Virus record (IMG/VR): IMGVR_UViG_3300035034_001389
From: an uncultured virus (IMG/VR IMGVR_UViG_3300035034_001389)
Taxonomy: Duplodnaviria; Heunggongvirae; Uroviricota; Caudoviricetes
DNA length: 20,000 bases
Strand: one strand, 5' to 3'
In this document: positions 9,632-17,313 of the stretch, one piece after another
Numbering within the stretch: position 1 is the stretch's first letter
Layout of the letters: each line of letters starts with the position of its first letter
Made by a program: the position numbers and the translations under genes
The notes under the pieces: generated by a model
Databases searched by the model: none
What the model was told of the DNA's origin: nothing
The model's input: only the letters and a program-made list of their open reading frames with translations

Positions 9632-10308
9632 CACTTCTCCTTTATAAAATCTCTATAGTCACAAAAATTAAAACACCTAACCGCACTGTCAGGGTTTGCA
9701 TTATATATATTTACACTTTTACCGGACTCCTTATACTCTTTTGCAAATTTGTTTATGGATGGTAAGAATAAAGTGGAATATACATCATCCGGTATGTGTG
9801 GTCGATATTCATCATGGTAATGAGTTCTCCCGGTATCACCTCTTCGCATATCATATCCTAATAATATAACATTAGATGGTGACATATTAACTACAAAATT
9901 TAAAGCCTGAACACCACTATTATTTCCACATACCGTATCGAAGTCAGGAGCATATCCAAAGTCACTTATTCTTTTTAGAATTATAGTATTCCCTAAAGTC
10001 CTTGGATCATTTTTAATATCATAATTAATATGAGATGCTGTTTTTGATGTAAATATATCCATATCCGTGTATTCTTTAAGTTTTTCATAACGCTCTGACA
10101 TCCATGTATCATCAACCCAATATAGCCCGACTGGTGTAATGATATCCATATATGAATCATTGATACAAAATACTAATTCATTCTGTAATAGGCTAAAATC
10201 AACCATTGATGATATACTGTCACCACCACCAACCATAAACACGGTCTTACCCTTAATTTTGTTCATAAAGTGTTGCAAAGATGGTCGCATAATGTTAAAA
10301 TACCTCAA
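9631..10308 (-). CDS. Maf/MptE-like (DUF115-type) protein, possible nucleotide-sugar-dependent transferase
   Basis: KGKTVFMVGGGDSI, VFCINDSY, GNNSGVQALNFVV, VILLGYDM, THYH and IYNANPDSAVRCF follow the G.GPS / NSG..A / I.L.G.D pattern. Start is TTG 10308 or ATG 10290. Confidence 0.6.
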   Translation of the reverse strand: MRYFNIMRPSLQHFMNKIKGKTVFMVGGGDSISSMVDFSLLQNELVFCINDSYMDIITPVGLYWVDDTWMSERYEKLKEYTDMDIFTSKTASHINYDIKNDPRTLGNTIILKRISDFGYAPDFDTVCGNNSGVQALNFVVNMSPSNVILLGYDMRRGDTGRTHYHDEYRPHIPDDVYSTLFLPSINKFAKEYKESGKSVNIYNANPDSAVRCFNFCDYRDFIKEK

Positions 10309-10324
10309 AACGGTTATATAATAA

Positions 10325-10855
10325 ATGGTAAATGAAATAAAAATAAATATCAGAAAAGAATGTCAGGATTTCCTTTCAGAGTCTAATGGTAACCCTATAC
10401 TTAAATGTCTCCCATCTGATGGTCATGATTCACGTAAGATTAAACTACGTAAACGAAAAACCAAAAATAAAATAGATAGTATATTCAATAATGTATTTAT
10501 AGAAACTCCTGACATACGACAACGTTCACTATATGTGCAGGGTATTAATAAAAATATTTTTGAAAATGATCATGACTTATTTTATGTTTTCCCTATAGAT
10601 GGATATAAATTTATATATAGTCCCGAAGTCAAAGATGCCAATGAATATGATCAGACACTAGAAACATTATTCCAGCATCATGATAATGACTATGCCATCG
10701 GAATGATTAAATCCGTTATCGGATATGACTATATCACAGAAGGTCTTAGTGACGCAATAGATAAAGATTGTGAGATACTATTTTATGGTATTCCATACTA
10801 TTATGCCGTTCGAGCATCAACCGTAAATAGTTACTCAACTCTATTTTCCTTATAA
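10325..10855 (+). CDS. Hypothetical phage protein
   Basis: 176 aa ORF with ATG start, divergent from the - strand block. Contains RQRSLY, FYVFPIDGYKFIYSPEVKD and CEILF. Function not assignable. Confidence 0.7.
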   Translation: MVNEIKINIRKECQDFLSESNGNPILKCLPSDGHDSRKIKLRKRKTKNKIDSIFNNVFIETPDIRQRSLYVQGINKNIFENDHDLFYVFPIDGYKFIYSPEVKDANEYDQTLETLFQHHDNDYAIGMIKSVIGYDYITEGLSDAIDKDCEILFYGIPYYYAVRASTVNSYSTLFSL

Positions 10856-10955
10856 TTTATAATAGGAATATAAGCTGTTGATTTTAAACCATAAGAATAT
10901 AGAAGTAATAATAATAGTAAATAATTCTCACATTAATGGAGTTCAATAATAATAT

Positions 10956-12428
10956 ATGGAATCAAATAACGCAAAGAAGTCAGAAAGTATAAAGATTGTT
11001 AAAAGAGATGGTGAGGTGGAATTTTTTGATATTGAAAAAATCCACAAGATGGTAGAAATTGCATGTGAAGATATTACTGGCGTTTTTGTATCAGATATTG
11101 AAATGGAGGCACATTTATCATTTTATGATGGAATGTCATCGGTAGATATCCATCGGGCATTGATAAAATCAGCAGCAAATTTAATATCTGAATCTACGCC
11201 CAACTATCAATTCCCCGCAGGTAGATTACTAATGTTCGATATGCGTAAGACCGCGTGGGGTGGTATGGAACCACCTAGATTATATGACCACATTATCAAA
11301 ATGGTTGAAAATAGGTATTATACCGAAGACCTACTAGACTATTACACTGAAGAAGAATGGGATAAAATGGATTCCTTTATAGATCATGATCGGGATTTAA
11401 AACTTGCTCATATTTCAGTTAAGGAATACATGACTAAATATGCAATTCGTGATAGATCATTGAATGGTGTTGAACCTCTTGAAACTCCACAATTAACATA
11501 TATGTTAATTTCATCATTGATGTGTTCCACTACTAGAAGTTTAAAAGAAATTAAATCATATTATAATGATATATCTCAAGGTAATATTAGTTTACCAACG
11601 CCAATTATGGCAGGTATGCGAACAAGAACTAAGCAATTTAGCTCATGTGTACTAATTGAGGCCGATGATACCTTAAACTCTATTGAGCAATCAAATGTAG
11701 CCATACAGGAGTATATCTCTAAGAAGGCTGGCATTGGTATAGGGGCATCAGCAATACGCGAAGCAGGTGCATCAGTAGCCGATAAGAGCATTAAACATAC
11801 CGGAGTTATACCATACTTTAAACAATATCAAGGAACCGTCAAAAGCTGCTCACAAGGTGGTGTGAGGGGTGGTGCTGCTACAGTATACGTATTGTTGTGG
11901 CATCCTGAAATAGAAGATATTTTGGTTCTTAAAAATAATAAAGGAACACAAGATAATCGAGTTAGGCAGTTAGATTATGCCATTATTATGAATGACTTTA
12001 TGTGTGATCTATTAGCCAAGCAGGGTGAAATTAATTTATTTTCACCACATGAAACTAGAGATATGTATCTTGCATATTTTAGTGATCCTGCAAAATTTGA
12101 AAGACTATATAAAAAGTATAGCAAGGCAGGGATGGCAAAGGGGACAGTATCAGCATTAGACCTATATGAATCATTTATGGGTGAACGTAAAGAAACTGGT
12201 AGAATATATAGTATGTTTATTGATAATGTTAACTCACACTCATCATTTATAGACCCAATCAGAATGAGTAATCTTTGTGTGGAAATAACATTGATAACAA
12301 ATCCAATGGGGTCAACTGAAAAATATACTATAACTGTAGATTTCGACAAATTAATTGAAACTGTCAATGACCTTGGTGGAAGTGATATAGTTAAAGGTTT
12401 TAAAATACTAAATAGGAGTGAATTATAA
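10956..12428 (+). CDS. nrdA: Class Ia ribonucleotide reductase alpha subunit, N-terminal fragment (NrdA-a)
   Basis: ATP-cone start IVKRDG, SLPTPIMAG, QFSSCVLI (E. coli C225 equivalent), SQGGVRGGAA and SNLCVEI (N437/C439/E441 equivalents; Cys codon 12276-12278). Ends 49 codons after this Cys. Confidence 0.95.
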   Translation: MESNNAKKSESIKIVKRDGEVEFFDIEKIHKMVEIACEDITGVFVSDIEMEAHLSFYDGMSSVDIHRALIKSAANLISESTPNYQFPAGRLLMFDMRKTAWGGMEPPRLYDHIIKMVENRYYTEDLLDYYTEEEWDKMDSFIDHDRDLKLAHISVKEYMTKYAIRDRSLNGVEPLETPQLTYMLISSLMCSTTRSLKEIKSYYNDISQGNISLPTPIMAGMRTRTKQFSSCVLIEADDTLNSIEQSNVAIQEYISKKAGIGIGASAIREAGASVADKSIKHTGVIPYFKQYQGTVKSCSQGGVRGGAATVYVLLWHPEIEDILVLKNNKGTQDNRVRQLDYAIIMNDFMCDLLAKQGEINLFSPHETRDMYLAYFSDPAKFERLYKKYSKAGMAKGTVSALDLYESFMGERKETGRIYSMFIDNVNSHSSFIDPIRMSNLCVEITLITNPMGSTEKYTITVDFDKLIETVNDLGGSDIVKGFKILNRSEL

Positions 12429-13483
12429 TGCCAAAATATACAGACTTTAGGGCGCTTAAAGAAAATCCAGAAAATAAGGACTCTTATATAATTGAAGTTG
12501 AAGAAGATACTTCCAGAATTGCATTATGCACGTTATCTGCAATCAATCTTGGTAATATTAAATCAATGGATGATATTGAAGGATGGATGCGTAATGCTGT
12601 CCGAGGATTGGACACACTGCTTGATTATCAGAATTATCTATTACCAGCAGCCAGAGAAGCCACACTGGACTATAGACCATTAGGTATAGGCATAATTAAC
12701 CTAGCGTATTATTTTGCAAAAAATAATGTAACATATGATGATCCCCGTGCACATGAACTTATACATGAAGTTATGGAAGCTATTCAATTTTACGGAATTA
12801 AGGCATCAGTTGAACTTGCAAAGGAACGTGGACCATGTAGATTATTTTCAAGAACAAAATATGCTCAAGGGTTACTCCCAATTGACCACTATAAGAAGAC
12901 AGTGGATGAGATTGTTAAACCTGAATATAACTTAGATTGGGAATGGTTACGTGCCGAAGTATTAGAACATGGAATGCGTAATGCCACCATCACAGCAGTT
13001 ATGCCAGCAGAAACAAGTGCAAAAATTGTGAACGCTACCAACGGTGTGGAACCTGTACGATCATTAGTTACAGTTAAGGGTAATAAATCTAACATATCAA
13101 AACAGGTAGTACCTGAAATTAATCGACTTAAGCGAAAGTACGATATGTTGTGGGATATGGAAAGTATGTCTGGAATAATTATGACAATGGCAACTATTCA
13201 AAAATTTGTTGACCAAAGTATTTCAACAAACCTATCATACAATCCAAATCATTTCCCTGAAGGTAAAGTTTCAATGGAAACAATGTTGCGCGATTTACTA
13301 CTATGTAACAAGTATGGAATAAAAACACTATATTATCACAATACCCCAGATGGCAGAGATGATGATCTACAGGATGTATCCGAAATGAAAATAGTGGGTG
13401 ATATAGTAACAAAAGCATTTGAAAATGATACCGAATCTGATCAGCTTGATGATCAAGAAGATTGTGATTCATGTTCAATATAA
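12428..13483 (+). CDS. nrdA: Class Ia ribonucleotide reductase alpha subunit, C-terminal fragment (NrdA-b)
   Basis: IALCTLSAINLG (C462 equivalent, Cys34), RPLGIGI, GMRNAT..AVMPAETS, NATNGVEP, DQSISTN, KTLYY (Y730/Y731 equivalents) and C-terminal CDSC. Has its own SD, AGGAG at 12414-12418. Confidence 0.95.
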   Translation: MPKYTDFRALKENPENKDSYIIEVEEDTSRIALCTLSAINLGNIKSMDDIEGWMRNAVRGLDTLLDYQNYLLPAAREATLDYRPLGIGIINLAYYFAKNNVTYDDPRAHELIHEVMEAIQFYGIKASVELAKERGPCRLFSRTKYAQGLLPIDHYKKTVDEIVKPEYNLDWEWLRAEVLEHGMRNATITAVMPAETSAKIVNATNGVEPVRSLVTVKGNKSNISKQVVPEINRLKRKYDMLWDMESMSGIIMTMATIQKFVDQSISTNLSYNPNHFPEGKVSMETMLRDLLLCNKYGIKTLYYHNTPDGRDDDLQDVSEMKIVGDIVTKAFENDTESDQLDDQEDCDSCSI

Positions 13484-13506
13484 TATTAATAACAGGGAAA
13501 TAATTT

Positions 13507-14640
13507 ATGTCAATGAAAGCGTTTAACCCAAATCCAAATGTGGATTTTACTAAACAATATATGTTTTTTGGTGAACAACCAAACGTAGCACGATATGATG
13601 TGCAGAGATTCGAAATATTCGAAAAAATTATACAGAAACATTTAGGGTATTTTTGGACCCCTGAAGAAGTTAATATCAGTAAAGATTCATATGACTTTAA
13701 GCAATTAGCCGATCATGAGAAATTTATTTTTATTGAAAATTTAAGCTATCAGACATTATTGGATAGTGTTCAGGGTCGTTCACCCAATCTTGCATTACTA
13801 CCACATGTATCATTACCCGAACTAGAAACTTTAATTGAAACATGGAGTTTTTCTGAAACTATTCACAGTAGAAGCTATACATATATTCTCAGAAATATAT
13901 TAACCAATCCATCAATTATCTTCGATAATATCATGAAAAATGAAAAAATTATGGATCGTGCTAATGCAGTGACATCATATTATGATGATCTTATGCAATA
14001 TTCTAACATGTTTCAAACCTTTGGTGAAGGTAAACATAAACTTGCTGGTAAAACATATAATCTTTCATTACGTGAATTGAAAAGAAAACTACTACTATGT
14101 GTAGCATCAATTAACATATTAGAGGGGATTCGTTTTTATGCATCGTTCGCATGTTCGTTCGCATTCGCAGAAAATGATCTAATGGAAGGTAATGCTAAAA
14201 TTATTGGCCTTATTGCACGTGATGAAACACTACATTTGGCAATCACTCAAAATATTTTGAAGAAGTGGTCTAATGGTGACGATGATCCTGTCATGCAAGA
14301 ATTATTCAATGAAGAAATTGGAACAATTACTGAAATGTATTACACCGCAGTTATGCAAGAAAAAGATTGGTCTTCACATTTATTTCGTGATGGGTCTATG
14401 ATGGGTCTCAATGATCGAATATTAAATGAATTTGTTGAATATATTGCTGGTAAACGTATGAGGGCAATTGGTATCAAAAATGAATATAGTAAAAAGAATC
14501 CTATTAGCTGGATAGATAAACATTTAGTATCATCTGATAACCAAGTGGCACCACAGGAAACTGAAATAATTTCGTATATTGTTGGTGGTGTTGTTCATGA
14601 TGTCAATGAAAACAGCTTTTCCAACATATCATTAGATTAA
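13507..14640 (+). CDS. nrdB: Class Ia ribonucleotide reductase beta subunit
   Basis: FWTPEEV, LDSVQGR, ETIHSRSY (radical Tyr), LEGIRFYASFACSFAF, IARDETLH, APQETEIISY. Confidence 0.97.
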   Translation: MSMKAFNPNPNVDFTKQYMFFGEQPNVARYDVQRFEIFEKIIQKHLGYFWTPEEVNISKDSYDFKQLADHEKFIFIENLSYQTLLDSVQGRSPNLALLPHVSLPELETLIETWSFSETIHSRSYTYILRNILTNPSIIFDNIMKNEKIMDRANAVTSYYDDLMQYSNMFQTFGEGKHKLAGKTYNLSLRELKRKLLLCVASINILEGIRFYASFACSFAFAENDLMEGNAKIIGLIARDETLHLAITQNILKKWSNGDDDPVMQELFNEEIGTITEMYYTAVMQEKDWSSHLFRDGSMMGLNDRILNEFVEYIAGKRMRAIGIKNEYSKKNPISWIDKHLVSSDNQVAPQETEIISYIVGGVVHDVNENSFSNISLD

Positions 14641-14684
14641 TATTTTTCTCTTGTATAATAAATACTTAAAAATGGATATTATTT

Positions 14685-15281
14685 ATGAAAGAATCTTTTA
14701 AAGAGTTTTACACCAATGCTAAATCTTCTAAGTTAGAAGAAAACTATGGTATACGTGCACAGATAACTGAGAATGTAAATTCGCAGGAGGGTATATTTAA
14801 TAATATATATCGTGTACATTCTGATAAGTTTATAGAACTTATACATGAAGCCAGAAAGATGATGGAAGATGGTGTTATAGAATTTGATGATGGTGATAAG
14901 GATATTCTTGAAAGTGATTTAGGTCAATATGTTGAATTTGAAGATACTATGGTTCCATTAGATTGCCCTATGGTTGATAATGAGATTGATGAGGCCGAAT
15001 ATCAGGGTGATGATGTTGAATTAAATAGTCCCAAGCGTGGTGGACCTAAAAAGTACTATGTTTATGTAAAGAATTCAAAAGGAAATGTGGTTAAAGTAAA
15101 TTTTGGTGATTCTGGTGATCTTAAATCTAAAATAAATGATCCTGAAGCTAGAAAGAATTTCGCATCACGCCATAAGTGTAGTGAGAAAAAAGATAAAACA
15201 ACTCCGGGTTACTGGTCATGTAACCTTCCAAGATATGCAAAGCAATTAGGATTATCGGGTGGTGGAAACTATTACTGGTAA
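14685..15281 (+). CDS. Hypothetical phage protein (acidic N half, basic Cys/Trp-containing C domain)
   Basis: 198 aa ORF. C-terminal KKYYVYVK...VKVNFGD...ARKNFASRHKC...PGYWSC pattern resembles uncharacterised large-virus proteins. Confidence 0.75.
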   Translation: MKESFKEFYTNAKSSKLEENYGIRAQITENVNSQEGIFNNIYRVHSDKFIELIHEARKMMEDGVIEFDDGDKDILESDLGQYVEFEDTMVPLDCPMVDNEIDEAEYQGDDVELNSPKRGGPKKYYVYVKNSKGNVVKVNFGDSGDLKSKINDPEARKNFASRHKCSEKKDKTTPGYWSCNLPRYAKQLGLSGGGNYYW

Positions 15282-15284
15282 TAT

Positions 15285-15551
15285 ATGCAAATCTTCAACG
15301 ACGAATCAATAAATAGTAATACAATTAGAAGAACAATTTTACATGATGTCAGTTATAATGAACTAGTTTGGCACCGTGACACAAAAACTAGAAATATAAC
15401 ACCCATTAAATGTGAGGGTTGGATGTTTCAAAGGGATAATGAATTGCCATTTGAACTTAAAGTTGGAGTGACTTTTTCAATTGAATCAGAGGTTTATCAC
15501 CGATTAATTAAGGGTGATTGTGATTTGATATTACAAATTAATGAGTATTAA
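15285..15551 (+). CDS. Small cupin-like hypothetical protein
   Basis: ELVWHRD...GWMFQRDNELP...YHRLIKG: two His-containing motifs with cupin-like spacing. Tightly packed between neighbours with 3-nt gaps. Confidence 0.6.
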   Translation: MQIFNDESINSNTIRRTILHDVSYNELVWHRDTKTRNITPIKCEGWMFQRDNELPFELKVGVTFSIESEVYHRLIKGDCDLILQINEY

Positions 15552-15554
15552 TAA

Positions 15555-16667
15555 ATGTTTACAATAGAATATAATTTTTCACCCGGTGATACTGTTTTTT
15601 CAGTAGACCCTCTTGATAATGCGATTATTGAAGCTATAGTAACACAGGTAGAAGGATCAATAACTAATAATGGTAGCGTTATTAGTTATTGGGTGCGTGA
15701 AGATGGTGCTATTAGTAACATAGCAATATCCGATGAACGTGTGTTTGGAACATTAATTGAGGCTGCTGAGTATGTAGAAGGACTGGTAATTACACCAACA
15801 CCAACATCTGGATTGACTCCAACCGCCACACCAACACCAGATGTTACTCCAACAGGTACCCCAGAAGTAACACCAACCATTAGTGTTACACCAACAATTA
15901 CACCAACCACAACAGTTACACCAACCGTTACACCAACTATCAGTGTAACACCAACCATTAGTGTTACACCAACAATTACACCAACCACAACAGTTACACC
16001 AACCGTTACACCATCAATCGATGTTTCACCTACATCAACACCTGCTGTAACATTGACAAGTACCCCAGAATCAACACCCGTGGTAACAGTAACACCAACA
16101 GAAACACCTGCCGTAACAGTAACACCGACTGAAACACCAACTGTAACACCAACGGACACACCTGCTATTACACCAACTACCACTAGTACCCCAGATGTTA
16201 CACCATCAATCGATGTTTCACCTACATCAACACCCGCTGTAACATTGACAAGTACCCCAGAATCAACACCTGCTGTAACAGTAACACCAACTGAAACATC
16301 TGCTGTAACAGTAACACCAACTGAAACACCAACTGTAACCCCAACGGACACACCTGCTATTACACCAACTGAGTCACCAACCGAAACGCCTGCTGTAACT
16401 GTAACACCAACTGAGACACCACCTGTAACGCCAACGGAAACCCTACCAGTAACCCCAACCGTAACCCCAACAGACACGCCTGCTGTAACAGTAACACCTA
16501 CTGAAACACCAACCGTAACCCCAACGGACACACCTGCTATTACACCAACTAATACAAACACACCGGATATTACCCCATCGATCAGTGTTACACCAACAGA
16601 TACACCTGCTGTAACACTAACCCCTACCTTAACAGGGACACCACCTGTTACACCAACTCCAGCATAA
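15555..16667 (+). CDS. Mucin-like Thr/Pro-repeat protein with a small N-terminal globular domain
   Basis: About 78 aa of unique N-terminus, then about 290 aa of TPT/VTPT/TETP/TDTP repeats. No obvious signal peptide or transmembrane segment. Confidence 0.85.
   Translation: MFTIEYNFSPGDTVFSVDPLDNAIIEAIVTQVEGSITNNGSVISYWVREDGAISNIAISDERVFGTLIEAAEYVEGLVITPTPTSGLTPTATPTPDVTPTGTPEVTPTISVTPTITPTTTVTPTVTPTISVTPTISVTPTITPTTTVTPTVTPSIDVSPTSTPAVTLTSTPESTPVVTVTPTETPAVTVTPTETPTVTPTDTPAITPTTTSTPDVTPSIDVSPTSTPAVTLTSTPESTPAVTVTPTETSAVTVTPTETPTVTPTDTPAITPTESPTETPAVTVTPTETPPVTPTETLPVTPTVTPTDTPAVTVTPTETPTVTPTDTPAITPTNTNTPDITPSISVTPTDTPAVTLTPTLTGTPPVTPTPA
15867..16013 (+). repeat. Exact 69-nt direct repeat (15867-15935 and 15945-16013, 78-nt period) inside the mucin-like gene
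   Basis: Both copies read gtaacaccaaccattagtgttacaccaacaattacaccaaccacaacagttacaccaaccgttacacca. Confidence 0.9.
16005..16370 (+). repeat. Near-identical 174-nt direct repeat (16005-16178 and 16197-16370, 192-nt period) inside the mucin-like gene
   Basis: Both copies begin gttacaccatcaatcgatgtttcacctacatcaacacc and end cctgctattacaccaact. The period is 64 codons, so frame is preserved. Confidence 0.85.
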
Positions 16668-16672
16668 TATTA

Positions 16673-16702
16673 TTGACATATATCCTATTTTTATGTTATT
16701 AT
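16673..16702 (+). promoter_or_regulatory. Sigma70-type promoter with extended -10
   Basis: TTGACA 16673-16678, 18-nt spacer, TG-n-TATTAT with the -10 at 16697-16702. Confidence 0.7.
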
Positions 16703-16720
16703 TCGAACATAAGAATAAAC

Positions 16721-17113
16721 ATGAATATGATAATAAATAATAAAACTAAAAAGCAATTGGCAGTAGACTTGTATAAATCTATCCATACTTTACCAAAGGA
16801 TAAAATTATTAGAGTTTTTGTTAAAGAACTCAACTTACCATCAGAAAATTCAGCAAGAACCTATATATCTGGTGCAAAAAAGGAATTACATCGCATAGGT
16901 ATTATAACTGTAGATTATAAGCCGAGAAATATTGATTATCGTAAAACCAAAAAGGGTAAAGCTATGATGTTGTTTAATTCTAATTTGGATATGAATAGAA
17001 GTCAAATTATTGATCTTTTTATACAAGAATTGGAAATGACTGAAAGTAGTGCAGCTACCCATTGCTCTATGTGCTGTCAAGAATATAGTGGCCCAAAGCA
17101 CAATGCAATATAG
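16721..17113 (+). CDS. Hypothetical protein with two internal helical (HTH-like) repeats
   Basis: Start moved to ATG 16721 because the track's TTG 16673 is the -35 box. Repeat 1: TKKQLAVDLY...IIRVFVKELNLPSENSARTY. Repeat 2: TKKGKAMMLF...IIDLFIQELEMTESSAATH. Confidence 0.75.
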   Translation: MNMIINNKTKKQLAVDLYKSIHTLPKDKIIRVFVKELNLPSENSARTYISGAKKELHRIGIITVDYKPRNIDYRKTKKGKAMMLFNSNLDMNRSQIIDLFIQELEMTESSAATHCSMCCQEYSGPKHNAI

Positions 17114-17210
17114 AACACTTACCTATGAATATACTGAAAGTACAGCCGCAGAGATTCACAATATAATATATGAAATCTATAAAAACTATAGAAAAGAGTT
17201 GAAAGTATAA
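17103..17210 (+). CDS. Possible 35-aa small protein (below the ORF track cutoff)
   Basis: ATG 17103 to TAA 17210 encodes MQYRTLTYEYTESTAAEIHNIIYEIYKNYRKELKV. It overlaps the upstream stop and fills the gap before the tRNA promoter. No clear SD. Confidence 0.35.
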   Translation: MQYRTLTYEYTESTAAEIHNIIYEIYKNYRKELKV

Positions 17211-17226
17211 ATACTTGTGATATAAT
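17199..17226 (+). promoter_or_regulatory. Promoter for the tRNA pair (sigma70 extended -10, with an overlapping TATAAATA)
   Basis: TTGAAA 17199-17204, TG-a-TATAAT with the -10 at 17221-17226, 9 nt before the first tRNA. TATAAATA (T4 late consensus) at 17206-17213. Confidence 0.6.
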
Positions 17227-17235
17227 ATAAAATAT

Positions 17236-17311
17236 GCGAAATTAGCTCATCTGGTAGAGCGCAACCTTGCCAAGGTTGAGGTAACGAGTTCGAACCTCGT
17301 ATTTCGCTCCA
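17236..17311 (+). tRNA. tRNA-Gly(GCC)
   Basis: GCGAAAT/ATTTCGC acceptor stem, GCTC/GAGC D stem, CAACC-TTGCCAA-GGTTG anticodon arm, ACGAG-TTCGAAC-CTCGT T arm, U73 and encoded CCA. 76 nt. Confidence 0.97.
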
Positions 17312-17313
17312 AT

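Noticed and set aside
10325..10855. ADP-ribosyltransferase-like fold suggested by the R..S..Y.VFP..E pattern
   Set aside because: The resemblance is too weak to support by eye, so the ORF is left as hypothetical pending a structure search.
12300..12530. Split intein or self-splicing intron at the nrdA junction (SYIIEVEEDT loosely resembles intein block F)
   Set aside because: There is no Cys-initiated block A, no TxxH block B and no terminal His-Asn before a Cys/Ser/Thr. The extra sequence (about 60 aa) is too short for a HINT domain, and there is no non-coding space for a group I intron.
171..13478. Numerous short overlapping or antisense ORFs in the track (e.g. 171-479, 4323-4715, 6209-6493, 8499-8780, 11975-12367, 12492-12683, 13194-13478)
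   Set aside because: They overlap longer genes that have recognisable motifs and show no motifs or translation signals of their own.
10956..13483. nrdA as a frameshifted pseudogene
   Set aside because: All catalytic motifs are intact in the two parts, the second part has its own SD and ATG, and nrdB is intact.
15686..16561. 291-aa Val/Gly-rich ORF on the - strand
   Set aside because: It is the antisense shadow of the ACA/CCA/GTA repeat codons. The + strand gene fits the operon and has a unique N-terminal domain.
15790..16660. CRISPR array or non-coding tandem repeat
   Set aside because: The repeats are in-frame coding units with synonymous variation and have no repeat-spacer structure.
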